This document shows, in pieces, positions 9,585 to 22,750 of a DNA stretch of 64,000 nucleotides (position 1 is the first letter of the stretch; each line of letters starts with the position of its first letter). The position numbers were made by a program, and so were the translations under genes. Below the pieces are notes generated by a model. That model made no database searches. It was not told the origin of the DNA and saw only the letters and a list, made by a program, of their open reading frames with translations. This stretch comes from Oopsacas minuta (lineage: Eukaryota; Animalia; Porifera): positions 992,001-1,056,000 of the forward strand of contig JAKMXF010000321.1 of the NCBI GenBank assembly GCA_024704765.1, written 5' to 3'.

Positions 9585-12500
9585 TCAGATATCTTGATAG
9601 CATTGGAATTTTCTCATTCTGTATAGCACTGAATCAGCTCTGTATTGTGTATACATTAGAGGCATGTATCCGAATTCATGAACGAATTTGTTAACACATT
9701 TGTGTCTTTCAGAGAAATGATTCTCGTCATTATACAGAGATGTACACCCTTCACAGTTAAATGTCCAGCGTGACGTCACCTTGATTGGAGGCTTTCTTGT
9801 TATGTGAGCTATCAGGAAATTCATTGCAATATCTTCACAGTTCATGAATTCATCTACAGTACGTCTGATGCTAGAAGGCAGCCAGTTAGAGTAAAGATAG
9901 AGATAGTACTTGTGTATGAAAGCAGCTCCAGTTAGTACCATAGATATCTCACATGTGTAGTTAGAATTGTATAACCACTTGTTATTGTGAATATCCCATA
10001 TGTGGAATCGAGCTGGAAACCCAACCAGTCGATCTCTGTTCTCTCTCCAGACACGAAATGCAAACTGAATATCATCTTTCCCTAGATTTATGTCGTCATC
10101 TAGTGACAGGACAGCTTCCGTCTCTATGTGGTCATAAGGAAGGAATCTGTTGTTTAGACTGTTGCCACTACCTCTTACAATCTAGCAGAAATAGATAACT
10201 ATATAAACAGCACTTTACATTAAGTAGAACTCAGATAAGAGTCATAAGAGGTAGTTCTTTGAGGAAACAAATGAGCACCTACTTTCCGAGTGTAATTCAT
10301 ATACGAAAATGATAATAAATATTAAAACAGAATATAAAGCATCATCCAGGATGAAATTGAAATGTGAAAATAATATTTATCGCCAAATAGTACTCCATAT
10401 GCTATATGTAAATCTAACAACCCAAAAACTGCTATAATACTAATCGAATTGTTAGAATATTTTCCTATTTTACTAACCAGGATGGGTACTTGTATGACAG
10501 GTAATTCTATGTCTCCTACGTCATCAGGATCATTCCAGACTACTATAACTTTGTGTAAGAAGGATACTCCTCTGAGTCTACTGAGTAGCTCCAGCAGCAA
10601 GTGCTGTCTCTTGTAGGTTAATATTACAGCTGTGAATAACTCTATTGGGGAGTTACCGAGCAGAAACTCCTGAAAGATAGGACTAGTTATGCCAGAGGCT
10701 TGAGCTACATGAGGAGAGATAGGAAAGGAAGGAGAGTATCCTTGTTCATAATGCATACTATTGGTCAGCTTTTGTTGCCATGGAGTTGGATGAACAGAGA
10801 AGTATGCGCCTAAATTAATAAATAATTGAATTCCTTAAATTATTTTAAGCATAGCAATGTAGTAGATTGGTTACCAGGAGGAGAGTCCCAATGGAGAGAG
10901 CGCTGAGATAGAAGAGGGTGCCATCTCCAAGGAATCTCATATGGAGAGTTTAGACTATCTTCTGGTGGGTATAATACCTCAGGGGTGTAAGAGGGGATGG
11001 AAGGAGGAGGGAGGGAGAGACGTGAGAAGAGGAGAGTCACACAAGTAAGGAGAGTGTGATAGGCGGAAGAGAAGTAATTTATCCAAATGAATCTACCTTG
11101 TTTTTTGTAGGAGAACACCTGATCATCTGACACCTGTCTGGAGATAATATAATTGTTGAGATTATAAGAACTTACAAATATATATTACAAATGATAAAAA
11201 TCATAGAGGAAGAACTAGAACATGAAGCTAGTGTGAAATTGTCATAAAATTAGAAAGAGTACATTTAAGTACGTGTTTGATATACTTTTTAAGGCTTCGT
11301 GACAACTTTTCGAGCACTACAATGCCTCTTAGAGTTTTTCTTAGCCAAACTATGTAAATCAATTTTCGCTGATAAAAACCATCACTAATTCATTAACTAA
11401 TTACCAATCTACAAGTATTACCTAATCAAGTAGTGGATCTCATGCAACCTGTTACGTGGCACATGTAGTACAGCTTTGCTCCAGTCAATAACCTCACTAT
11501 AAGGTAGACTAATCTCATCCCCACACACTACAGGTACTGCTCCTGTGTAGAGTGCTTCTATCAGCCTAACCAATTGAGCATGAATACCCTCACTGTCTGT
11601 ATCTACGGGGATGATAGAGAACATGCTATCCCTGTTTGAATTCAGTCTTGTCTGTTGATCTCCACAAATACTCCATGATTTGCTGGAGGAATAAGTAGCA
11701 GGACAGGAAAGCTGTATAGAGACTGCTGTCTTTAAGCTAGAGGATAGCTGTTCTAGATGTGACAGAAGAGGAGTAGTACCATCATAATAGCCTATATAAT
11801 ATCATAATTACAAATAATTACATCATCATTGATATGTCAATATATTTACCTGAAAAATAGATAAGATAATTCCTATGTAGCGGCAATAGTAAGGGCAGTT
11901 CACTCCAGGTATCCAGTTGATGCTGTAGGAGATCATCTAGTGAGAGGAGAGGAGGGATTAACATGTCATAACCAGGTCTCATCTGTTTTAGTGGTGAAGC
12001 CAGAAGTACACGGGAAGGTAGGGAAGATGGGAGAGAATACTTGTAGCTTGAATCAGAATCTAGCAACTGAATTAAGAGAATGGAATGTGACGTCTTAACC
12101 CATACATTAGATGTATGTAGTTGTGTTATAACAGAGTCTAAGTCTGATGATAGAGTTAAAGCTATAGTAAAGCAGGCAGCAGCTGGTCCTTCCAATACTT
12201 GGAGAGCTGAGTTTAGCGTGAAAACATCGATTAATTGTGTCAATGAGTTGTCAGACTAAATATAATGAAATATATAAATAACTGTAGGAACTTAAGAATC
12301 AATCTGTTAAGTAGCCTGATATTGATCCAAAATATAGGTAGAAATGTGATCGTAAATTTGTTATGTAGGAATTACTGGAAAATATTCATTGTTCCGAGTA
12401 CAAGCATTCAATAGGCTTGAAGACTTGGGACAGCGCTTCGCGAATCAATCACACTCATTTCCGCTAAGCTCGTTCGCCCGTTTGATAATTATGGAAGTAA

Positions 12501-13334
12501 AGGGGGATTAAAAAGCATTGGTCAAATTTCTAAATTGAAAAAGGCGTCGATAGAATTCCTAGTCTAGCAATCTAGCATCAGATAATTGGTCATATTCCTA
12601 CATAACCGTTGATCTTATTCCGCTGTCTGTAATGACTTTAGTAAGATAAAACGAAGATCAAAGTTCAGAGACTGGGTAAACAAAGGAGATAAATTAGTAA
12701 GATAGTATCTAGCAATACAATTGTATAAGCAATAATAGAATGTACTTACTTGTTGATCCTTTAGTAGGTATACAGCAGGCTCATAGAGAACAGAACAAGC
12801 ACTCGTATCAAAGCAATCACACATACTACATGATCCGTAACTATCCATCCTATCCACTATTGTATTGTGTATATCATTTGTGTCAATAGCTCTCTCTAGG
12901 ATATAAATAGGGGAATTAATCTCTCTGTGATCAGACTGGTAATTTCCCTTGTGAATGTTAGACACCTGTTGTCGACTAATAGAGAGCATTCTCAGATTCT
13001 CTCTCTCAATATTGAGCTGCTTCTGAGTAGACTTTACCTGATTGGTAATCTTTATGAGCTGAGATTTCTTAGTAACAATCTCATTTGCTAGCTCTAATCT
13101 TTCCTTCTCTAACATTCTCATTTCATTCCTTACAGATAGTTTGATGCTCTCTAGTTCTCCAATCTGAGTTTTCTCCTTGCTGGTCAGCTCAGAGAAGTGC
13201 TGATGAGAGAGAGGAGTTAGCTGAATAACTTTTACATCTGTCCGTCTCCCTGCTACTAGATAATAGCATAAACAGAGTAGAAGGAACAGAGATACAGCCC
13301 CACAGATTAAGAGAGGATTGTAGCGAATCTTCAT
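9585..13334 (-). CDS. EXTL3: Exostosin-like 3 glycosyltransferase, 6 exons, about 850 aa
   Basis: Exons (minus strand): 13334-12750, 12255-11850, 11791-11422, 11137-10875, 10809-10478, 10181-9585. All introns are GT-AG with consistent phases; total 2553 nt. Features: N-terminal TM helix, coiled coil, GT47-like region, and a GT64 domain with [33 protein letters not shown] and [11 protein letters not shown]. Confidence 0.95.
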
Positions 13335-13549
13335 CTAATAATATTATTGGAAACTATTTAATCTTGATATGGGTATAGGATGTACGACATTTATATACAA
13401 GACAAATGTGTACAGATTTTCTGTGTAAATACTTAGAATCAGTCTAAGGTTACAGTTCCCTTCAATTAACTCTGCGAACTAGACACCAGTAGAATCTTTC
13501 ATTTGCGATCATAAATAGAATTTCTCTTCTTTTACACGTATACAGTGAT

Positions 13550-13637
13550 TACAGTCAACATGCGTTATCTCGAACCCTCAGAGGAATCAAATTCTGTTCG
13601 AGTTAACGGGCATTCATGATAGCGGATGTTGACTGTA
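13550..13637. mobile_element. Pogo/Tigger-like mini-MITE
   Basis: TA-CAGTCAACATGCGTTATC versus reverse-complemented end TA-CAGTCAACATCCGCTATC; TA flanks. Confidence 0.7.
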
Positions 13638-13820
13638 GTACAATTAGTTTCTTTGGTTTAGTAAAAATATGCTTATATTTTTAGGAGAAAATTTAAGAAA
13701 GAATCAAGTTTTAATTGAACCCTAAGTCCAAACTTAGAAGATTCCAGATCTACTCAAGTTCCAGGAAAGTTCAAATTCATTTTTACAATTGATTCGATTA
13801 TTAATAGAGTTTGTCTAACG

Positions 13821-13968
13821 GGCGATGATCGTTCCGATCGATGAATACTAATAAGTATTGAAATGCCCTATACAACATCCATAGGTAGCTTTTCAAAAAT
13901 CCTGAAAACTCACCTCTCCTATTAAACTAATGTAAAAATGGTGTTCATCGTTCGGAACGATCATCGCC
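13821..13968. repeat. 28-bp inverted repeat pair (MITE-like, no TSD found)
   Basis: GGCGATGATCGTTCCGATCGATGAATAC (13821-13848) versus the reverse complement of 13941-13968, GGCGATGATCGTTCCGAACGATGAACAC; 26/28 match. Confidence 0.7.
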
Positions 13969-14124
13969 AAAACTCTTATTAAAATATCCTATTTTCTTCT
14001 GATCAAGAGAAATAGTTAATTAAAGGGACAATAATAATGAATTATAAAATGAATATTGGAGATACTATAATTGTTCACTACTGTGACAGCTAGTTAAATT
14101 AAAAGGGAAATAAGAGAACTTTTC

Positions 14125-15940
14125 TTAAAATGTTATTTCAAATGCTAAACACTTGAGATAAGTTATGATTGGCCTGATGAAATAGTTCAATATTAGCGTC
14201 ACCAAAGCAGATTCATTCTCCAGTGACTTTTTGGATTTCGTTGGTTGAACTCCTTTATAGCATTGTGCCAGTCGCAATTCGACAGTCGCCTGTTCAATTA
14301 CTAATGCATTGCAAAATTTCATGAATTTCGTGTAATGACAAGCAACCGTGACTGAAAAGGCACGGTACCATCCTTCGACAGCATTTGTTGTCCTTGGTAT
14401 GCCATATCTTACGAGATGAAAATTGTTCCACATCTCGATTGAGAATAATGGGGTATCATAATAACCGAATTCACCTCTGAGATATATAAAAAACACCCCA
14501 AAACAAAAGTCGAAGTCCAAAACTCTCGGAAGGTATTAATGGCAGCTTTTTCAAAATCTACTATGAGATGCTGTGGGTTAGAGGTAGGACAAACATCTTT
14601 TAAGGTCTTCCACATCTTCCTATAAAAGAACAAACTCTTGGCTGAGAGCAAGACATAGACACAAGGAATCAAATATCCATCTCTGAATGGATATACTCCG
14701 CCTGTTAATCCATGGATCGTGTAAAGTTGTGCGAATAGAGAAGGAACAGTCTTGAAAGCTTCATCTGCCATACATATTGAAGAATTTGTCAGAATATATT
14801 TGTTTTCTTCTGTACCGAACATTATAATTCTGTCTGGTCCTGGACCTGAATGGTAAATCAAAAACGCTCTTCCCCCTAGGGCTTTCAGATTTTGATCTAT
14901 GGTCAAGTCCAAAAGAGAAATAGCATTAACTCGAACTGGCCTTACTCTTTGGCCATTTTTCTTAAGAGTTTTTCAGGAGGCAAAAGCGTTTAATCGCCAG
15001 AAGCTTCGGTTATGATCCGATATGGATTGTCGTGAGATTTTCGATCCCGTCTCTTAATGCCTGCACATAATTTAAATACTTCTTAAGCGCCGACCTCTGG
15101 ACTATGACAGTGTTAGCCCAACGTTTTAAGGACTTTTGTAGTTTTAGTGTGTAGACGTCTCTTACAATCTTTTACTTAACAACGCCACTGGGCCTTTACG
15201 CTATCTTCACGGTGGAAATTGTTTATGAATCCTTCATACGAAATTTGTCACACCCCTTGGAGGATTTTATCAATCGATAATCACAGTTACTCGGTAGTGT
15301 GTCAGTATTCTGAGGGACAGAAGAATTAGTAGATGCTGGCATACTAGTGGAGACATTCAAGAGAGGATCAAAAACGGTGCAAATATTTTTCTGGGGAATT
15401 GAGTCACTTAGTGGATAATCTGAGGATCCTGCTACTAGATTATTTAATATTCCCATGATTTCCTGCAACTCGACGGCATTCTGGGCAGCTTCTCTATTTA
15501 ATTGCAAAATTTGTTGTTCTCTACCATGACAGTATGAATGAAATTCTGTGAGCATTTCGAAAATGTGTTCATTGTCAATGAAATTGATATCATCGTCAAT
15601 CCAGCTTATGAAGCCACCCTCCTCTAGTGATGTTTCCCATTTCAGGACTGCGACGTTCAAAGGCTAAGGTGTTAGTTATATTTGTATGCTGCCTTCATGC
15701 AAGGTTTTCTGAGCTTCACGAATGCTTCATCCAAAGTCAGGGACAAGCGCTCAAAATAGACTTACAATTCCGTTTCGGGGCAATTAATACTTCCGATGAT
15801 GTATTTGTCAGTAAAGATAAAATCATTTCTGTGTTTACGAGGGTAGTTTCACGTTTGAGAGACGATGCGTGTGTTATCTGCACGACATCAGTCCATTTGT
15901 GTTCAATGGATGTATCCCAATATATCGATATATATTTCAT
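14125..15940 (-). pseudogene. Decayed Mutator-like (MULE) transposase with FLYWCH finger
   Basis: Frameshifted fragments: YEGFINNFH...QWRC*VKDCK (FLYWCH), DEAFKTVPSLFAQLYTIHG (DGTF motif), IPCVYVLL, DFEKAAIN, GCFLY (CxxH lost), RTTNAVEGW. Terminal inverted repeats (TIRs) not identified. Confidence 0.85.
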
Positions 15941-16320
15941 TTAAATTCAGAATGTATTGTTTAGAGTTTAGGAATTATAATATATAAGGGACGTAAACTG
16001 GCCTGAGAAGCAATCCTACGTATTTACAATCATGAGCGAAGCTGTATTAACTCATTGTGAATTGTCAACAACTAATTTTTGTTCACGATATGAAAATGAG
16101 TTGTTTGATAACAATTCATGATTAGGTGCAAGTACACTTTTTTGGATAGTGAAGTCGTAGAATTCATATACAAACACTTGACATAGTATCAACAACATGT
16201 TCGAATATTTATTTTCTGCGTGGATCATTCTCAGACCAAATTGTAACTTAAAAGAAACTATAATGTAAATGTATAAAAGATACAGATGGATCTTTCTGAT
16301 AATTTAATCAAATATATAAA

Positions 16321-16640
16321 TACAGTGGATGCTGGTTGTAAGAACATCGTCGGGAACTGGACATAATGTTCTTATATCCGGCATGTAGGATTTTGGGGTG
16401 CCGGTTATGAAAACACTTTATTCGAACAGATTTGGATGTAAGAACAATATTATGGGAAGACGTTCTCATATCTACTGGATAATTATGCCAATTCAACAAC
16501 CATACCGGTAATAAGAACCAATTAGACTGCTACTCTAAGAGTGTTCTTAGAACCGGTATGAATTATATTGGGGCGTATGGCAACTGTTTTCCAGTAAATT
16601 GTTCTTATAACCCGCATGTTCTTATCCGGCATCTACTGTA
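16321..16640. mobile_element. Pogo/Tigger-like MITE
   Basis: TA-CAGTGGATGCTGGTTGTAAGAACAT versus reverse-complemented end TA-CAGTAGATGCCGGATAAGAACAT. Confidence 0.7.
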
Positions 16641-16821
16641 TTTAACGTTCTACGTGGTTCTATAGCCTTCCGATTGTTAGGAGTCGATAATATAAAAGGA
16701 TAAATTCTTTAGTCCACTCATAATCTCTCTTTCTTAAAAGTCTTATTGAGGATATGATTTATAATATATCCTCTATTAACTAACATCAAAATGAATTATT
16801 GACTGAACCAAACAAATTTGG

Positions 16822-17748
16822 NNNNNNNNNNNNNNNNNNNNNNNNNNNNNNNNNNNNNNNNNNNNNNNNNNNNNNNNNNNNNNNNNNNNNNNNNNNNNNN
16901 NNNNNNNNNNNNNNNNNNNNNNNNNNNNNNNNNNNNNNNNNNNNNNNNNNNNNNNNNNNNNNNNNNNNNNNNNNNNNNNNNNNNNNNNNNNNNNNNNNNN
17001 NNNNNNNNNNNNNNNNNNNNNNNNNNNNNNNNNNNNNNNNNNNNNNNNNNNNNNNNNNNNNNNNNNNNNNNNNNNNNNNNNNNNNNNNNNNNNNNNNNNN
17101 NNNNNNNNNNNNNNNNNNNNNNNNNNNNNNNNNNNNNNNNNNNNNNNNNNNNNNNNNNNNNNNNNNNNNNNNNNNNNNNNNNNNNNNNNNNNNNNNNNNN
17201 NNNNNNNNNNNNNNNNNNNNNNNNNNNNNNNNNNNNNNNNNNNNNNNNNNNNNNNNNNNNNNNNNNNNNNNNNNNNNNNNNNNNNNNNNNNNNNNNNNNN
17301 NNNNNNNNNNNNNNNNNNNNNNNNNNNNNNNNNNNNNNNNNNNNNNNNNNNNNNNNNNNNNNNNNNNNNNNNNNNNNNNNNNNNNNNNNNNNNNNNNNNN
17401 NNNNNNNNNNNNNNNNNNNNNNNNNNNNNNNNNNNNNNNNNNNNNNNNNNNNNNNNNNNNNNNNNNNNNNNNNNNNNNNNNNNNNNNNNNNNNNNNNNNN
17501 NNNNNNNNNNNNNNNNNNNNNNNNNNNNNNNNNNNNNNNNNNNNNNNNNNNNNNNNNNNNNNNNNNNNNNNNNNNNNNNNNNNNNNNNNNNNNNNNNNNN
17601 NNNNNNNNNNNNNNNNNNNNNNNNNNNNNNNNNNNNNNNNNNNNNNNNNNNNNNNNNNNNNNNNNNNNNNNNNNNNNNNNNNNNNNNNNNNNNNNNNNNN
17701 NNNNNNNNNNNNNNNNNNNNNNNNNNNNNNNNNNNNNNNNNNNNNNNN
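16822..17748. other. Assembly gap (927 N)
   Basis: Run of N; the X-filled ORFs across it are artefacts. Confidence 1.
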
Positions 17749-18704
17749 CTCTATATCGCTAAGAAGAAATTCTTTCCTGCCATGAATAGTCGTGTTATAG
17801 ATGCATACCATCTCTATAATCCCAAATTACATCATCAACAAAAATATTTTCTAAAACAATACAAGGTACTTGTTTTTGTTTTCTTATTTACTTTTGAATT
17901 ATATATTCTAAACAATTTAATCTTTTACAACTTGTATGTTATTTTTGAATCTATCTGTGTGAATGCTTGTTGGTTTCATGTGACTTACGATATTCCTATG
18001 TTCACAATACCAGAGTCTACGAATCATACTCTCAATATAATCAGCCATTACTTTTTAATATTGGTACATCTAGCTGACTTTATTATTTATTTCAATTTTA
18101 TTGTTGTGAATTCAACTTTTCTATTCTTTCTATTGTTGAAATTCTTTAGGAATAGAAAAGCCAGGAGATATCGATATCATGTATGTTCTGCTCCTTTGTT
18201 ACCAAATAAATAATAATTTATAACTTGTAATCATTATTGTTTCTTTATTCTCTTGTTATATAACCAAATTTGTTTCAGATTATTTTATTGTTTTTGTAGT
18301 TCGTTTAGTTCTGATTCAGATTTATTTGTCTTCTTTTACAAAAAATTAAATTTGGCTGCTGTGTTCATGTGATACTTAGGCGTTTATAGTATTCAATTAT
18401 CGCAAACTTAATTGTATTAAGCTCTTAAATCATTTTCATAATCAGGGTGGAAACGGCAATGATGTTAACAGCATAAGTATTTGAATAATTTCATTGGCCT
18501 GGGTATTGTAGACATAAACGGAATATATGTATATTTTCCAATATTTGAACAAGCAGGGATAGAAACAATAATTCAGGTATCTTGATCAAGCACTGATACA
18601 ATTACAGTTAAAATTATTCCATACAGCTCCAGCTGTGTTAATATTATTTCATCTGTTTTAGCAAATTCCTATATACACTTTCCACTTCAGAAATATGAGG
18701 TCTA

Positions 18705-20460
18705 TGTATTAGGGTACATCAGTTGCTTCTTTTGTCAAAAACAAACGTTACTTATTACTTTTGTGTTATCTATATACTGTATTGATTTATCATTCACAAT
18801 TTCAATGAAATACATAAAGATTAGTACCACAATAAATTTATGTAAATAAGCTATAGAATGTAAGGAATGTCTGGCTCATGCTTGTGTTATGTACGCTTTT
18901 TACTTTGAGTTAATGAACTACAATAAATGACACATATAACGCGAAAAGCTCCTAACAATTCACTACATGAATATTGCTATTACTCCATTATCTTCAATAG
19001 AAAATAACTTCTGTCAGTTAATTACTCAATCTCTACTTTGTTTCCTGAGCTTATCAGGTGATATAATCTTCCAAATAACATTGCTTCTTTCTAATTCTGG
19101 CGGATCTTCTTAATTCTTTATTATTACCACGGTCAATATCTTCTGTGTTTACTGATCTTGGTGTGGATGTCATATTTGAAACAAATTCAATTGACCCTTG
19201 TTCCGTTCTCGTGTTATTATTATTAAATTCCAATCTGGTATTTCTGCTGTTATCCACTGTGAACATCCGATTGCTAAACAAATCTTCAACTTGGTTTAAT
19301 CTCAAGCTATTGTTGAATGAATTATTTAATTCGTTCGATTGTTCAATTGCGCTCTTGTCCATATCATCTCGATCTCTTGAATTACCCTCGATTCGCAAAT
19401 TTTCTTCTTCTACCTCCGTTGAGGTGGCGATAAATATTAGGGTGTATATATCTGGTTCTTAATCTGTTCACATGCACTAGCTTCCTAAACCATTCGAAAT
19501 ACTTATGTCTGCAGTAACTAAGCTAGGTGAACCTCTTACCATCCAGTTACCATCCCACCGTTTGTTCAATTTGTCTGCAACTCTATTTGTAATGCAAGAT
19601 AGCCACACTGGTTGACCAATAGAGAAAGGAGTTTGAAACCTTATATCTTTAGGAGTACAATGGTGTTGTGCCATCTTAGCTTCAATATATTCTCTTGCTT
19701 CTGAAAAATTCTGTCGAATTAGCACATGATATGTATCTGCATTCATGTTAGTAGTTAAGTTTTTGTTATATGGAGATAACTCATTGGGTTCTCGACCATA
19801 CATTAAGAATTATGGAGATAATCCAGTGGACGAATTGATAGATGTTCTGTAAGCATAGAGAACTAACGGAAGGTGTTCTTCCCATTCACTTCGACTCTCC
19901 ACAAATTCCCGTAGCATTTGGACAATAATTCTATTTGCTCGTTTCACTTCTCCACTTCCTGATAAATGATATGCAGTAGTTCTGCTTTTACCTATCTCCA
20001 TACTTTACAGATCTCTCTTATTAATATAGGTTCAAATTTTCTACCCTTATCAGAGTGTAAATAATGAGGATAACCAAGACTGGAAACATATCAACTAATA
20101 TGTCAGCTACTCACTCGGCTTTTTATCTTGCATTGCAACCTCTAACCGTCTGCTAAATCCATCAAGGCAGACTAGCAAAAAACGATTTCGAAAATTCGAC
20201 AGGGAAAGTTCCAGAACATCCACCAACCAAAGAAATAGGTTTTCCAAAAGGTAGATACATCAATAGAGCTTTAGATTGTTTAAGCGTCCAGGCTGGGTTT
20301 TTTTAGGAGAATCTTTCAGGGGGGCTAATCAATGTTTCATGAAATAGAGGGAGGCATAGTTTGAAGCTAAAGTGCATAACATGAAATCATGTACTTTGCT
20401 GCAAGTATCTCGTAATTACTCCACATGAATTGATAATATGGTCACGAGCGATGAATTCTA
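18705..20460 (-). mobile_element. Ty3/Gypsy LTR retrotransposon remnant: integrase, C-terminal tail and possible 3' LTR
   Basis: Frameshifted integrase pieces: VDVL..LVCLDGFSR, HSDKGRNFE, SRTTAYH..GEVKRANR (catalytic E to K), LPLVLYAYRTSINSSTGLSP, YGREP, and a tail with RRSARIRK ending at 19054. The putative LTR (about 19030-18705, ending ...TAATACA) is low confidence. Confidence 0.85.
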
Positions 20461-20469
20461 ATCAGAATA

Positions 20470-21980
20470 TTATTGTATAGCACATGACAATACCAGTAGC
20501 AACCTGCAACCAATGATTTGTATCTGAATTAATTCTTTTTATCCTTAAGTATAAAAGGCACTAGTTTCTTGTAAACTAAGAGAATTTCCTATTTCAGTGT
20601 TTCAATTCTTGTGATACAGATGGATATTCGCAATTTCTTTGAATCAACCTCTTCCAAGTCAGCTATTCCTTGCCTGAGAGAATTCAGTAGTGACTCAGAT
20701 AGTGGAGAAGATTCATAAAGTGAATCACCACCATCCAAGAGATCATGTGTCTGCCATATCTCGGAAATACAACAAGAACTAGGAAAAAGATTTTCCATGG
20801 CAGGATACGATAGCAACTTTCAAGATGCATTTTGCAAAATATACAGAAAGGCTGAAACCAGCGGTCATTCTTTACAGGGAAGCGGAGGTGTGTGGGTCAG
20901 AAAGCCATTCCAGAATTGGAAAAAGGCAGTTCAAAAGATGAAAGCACATACCACCAGTGAATCCCATTTGAGATAAGTTGAAGCAGAGCTGATTGCAACT
21001 ACTGGACAAACAATTGTACATGAACTACAACGTCTTGGAGGTTATAAGAGAAGCAAGAACCGGAAAGCCATCAAAGCACTTTTTCGCTGCACTCACTACT
21101 TATGCAAACAGCACACTCCTCATAATACAAAAATCAGCAAGTTGAATGATCTTAATGTTTCTTGTGGTGGGAAAGATCTGGAAGAATTTGTCCGTAAAGC
21201 AGCAAAGAATGCATCTTACAATTCTACAGATGCGGTCTCTGATTTTCTTGAACAATAGGAGTATGGGTTGACGAATTCCAAGTTAATCAGGTTAGCAATG
21301 CTTCATTGTTCAGCTTGATGGCTGATGAGTGTCTCGATGTAGCTAATATTGAGGAGCCGCCTGTATACTGTTAATGGGTGGAAAATGGTGTACCAGTAAA
21401 ACATTTCATGGAAATATTCCCACTGACGAAAAGAGATGCTCAATCGATCTATTCGGTGTTACTGGACTGGCTGAAGAAGCATGCACCTCATTCACTCTTC
21501 GTCCACTGCCATTGTCATAAGCTCCAGCTAGCTTGTGTTCAATCCGTAAACTGTACTGAGGGAATCAAACACGTGTATACGACACTCACTACTTGTGGAA
21601 ATGTTTTCAGTATTCACCAAAGAGATGCCAGCACCTGAAAGAGATACAAAAGGTACTAGACCTTCCTTAGCTGAAAATTGTCAAACCATCTGACACCAGG
21701 TGGCTCTCCCATGAAAAATGTAATTCAACTGTGAAGAAATGTTATGGACCAATTGTGCTTCTACTTGAAAGTATTTATGAGGAATCCCACAATCCGGAGG
21801 CACTTAGTATTTGCAAGATATTATCCAAACCCTCTACATTGTTCGCCATATATCTCCTTGACTACATTCTCCCTGAGGTATCAAAGTTGAGTAAGAGTCT
21901 CCAAACAGAGAATTTGGATTTATTCATCATCTCAAGCCTTGTGGATGCTACCCTGTACACTTTGGATGATATACTCCAAC
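20470..21980 (+). mobile_element. hAT transposase remnant (ZNF862/ZMYM1-like family), 3'-truncated
   Basis: MDIRNFF start at 20620; GVWVRKPFQNWKKAVQKMKAH..SESH, FSLMADEC (first catalytic D), VHCHCHKLQL (CxxH), KPSDTRWLSHE. Multiple stops and frameshifts; no C-terminal dimerisation domain. Confidence 0.85.
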
Positions 21981-22750
21981 CCCATTCCAAGGGTTTATGG
22001 TCATAGTATACCGTAAAGTGTTTTCCCAATTTGTATTGTCTGTTTTTATTTAACGCATTCACAAGTGTCAAACATTCTCTTTCAATCTTTGAATACTTCT
22101 TTTCTGCATCATTCAATGTTCTACTCGAATATGCCACAATTCCATCATCCTGTTCCAATACGACTCCAATAACGACCCCTGAAGCCTGTATACAATAAGT
22201 ATTCTTTATCAATAGATGGACATTTTAGAACGGGAGCGTTCTCTAATCAATACTTAAGTTCTTTGAACGAGTTCTCGCATTCTGAATCCCAATCAAATGG
22301 TGTATTCTTCTGAATTAGTGATTCAATGGACTCGCAATTTTGAAAAATTCCTCACAAAACGACGGTAATAGTTGGCTAGTCCAAGAAATTGACGAACATC
22401 CTTGGAATTTTGAGGACGAGGCCATTCTCTGATTGTCGAAATTCGGGAAGGGTTTGGAGACATACCACTTTTTGAAAATGCATGACCCAAATATTCAACC
22501 TCACATTTGTTAATTTCACATTTAGATCTTCTCAGTGTTAAACCAGCTTTTTGAATTCTTAGAAAAACTCTTGACAAATGATTTCGATGTTGTGCAACAT
22601 CAGGCGAAATATCAAAATGTCGTCGACAAATGAACTAAATCTTCCAGTCCACGTAAAACAGAATCCATCATTCTTTGAAATGTTCCAAGAGCATTGGTAA
22701 GTCCAAATGGCATTACATTAATCTAGGAACATTTTTCCAAGAGCAAAAAA
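21981..22750 (-). mobile_element. Ty3/Gypsy RT and RNase H remnant, 5'-truncated
   Basis: VMPFGLTNA.GTFQRMM, frameshifted (F)VDD, YLGH, FLGLANYYRRFV, then RNase H ASG..IG.VLEQ, AYSSRTL..AEKKYS..ERECL, DHKPL. Confidence 0.9.

Noticed and set aside
16786-17811. Three ORFs of 314-341 aa
   Set aside because: Made almost entirely of X from the N gap.
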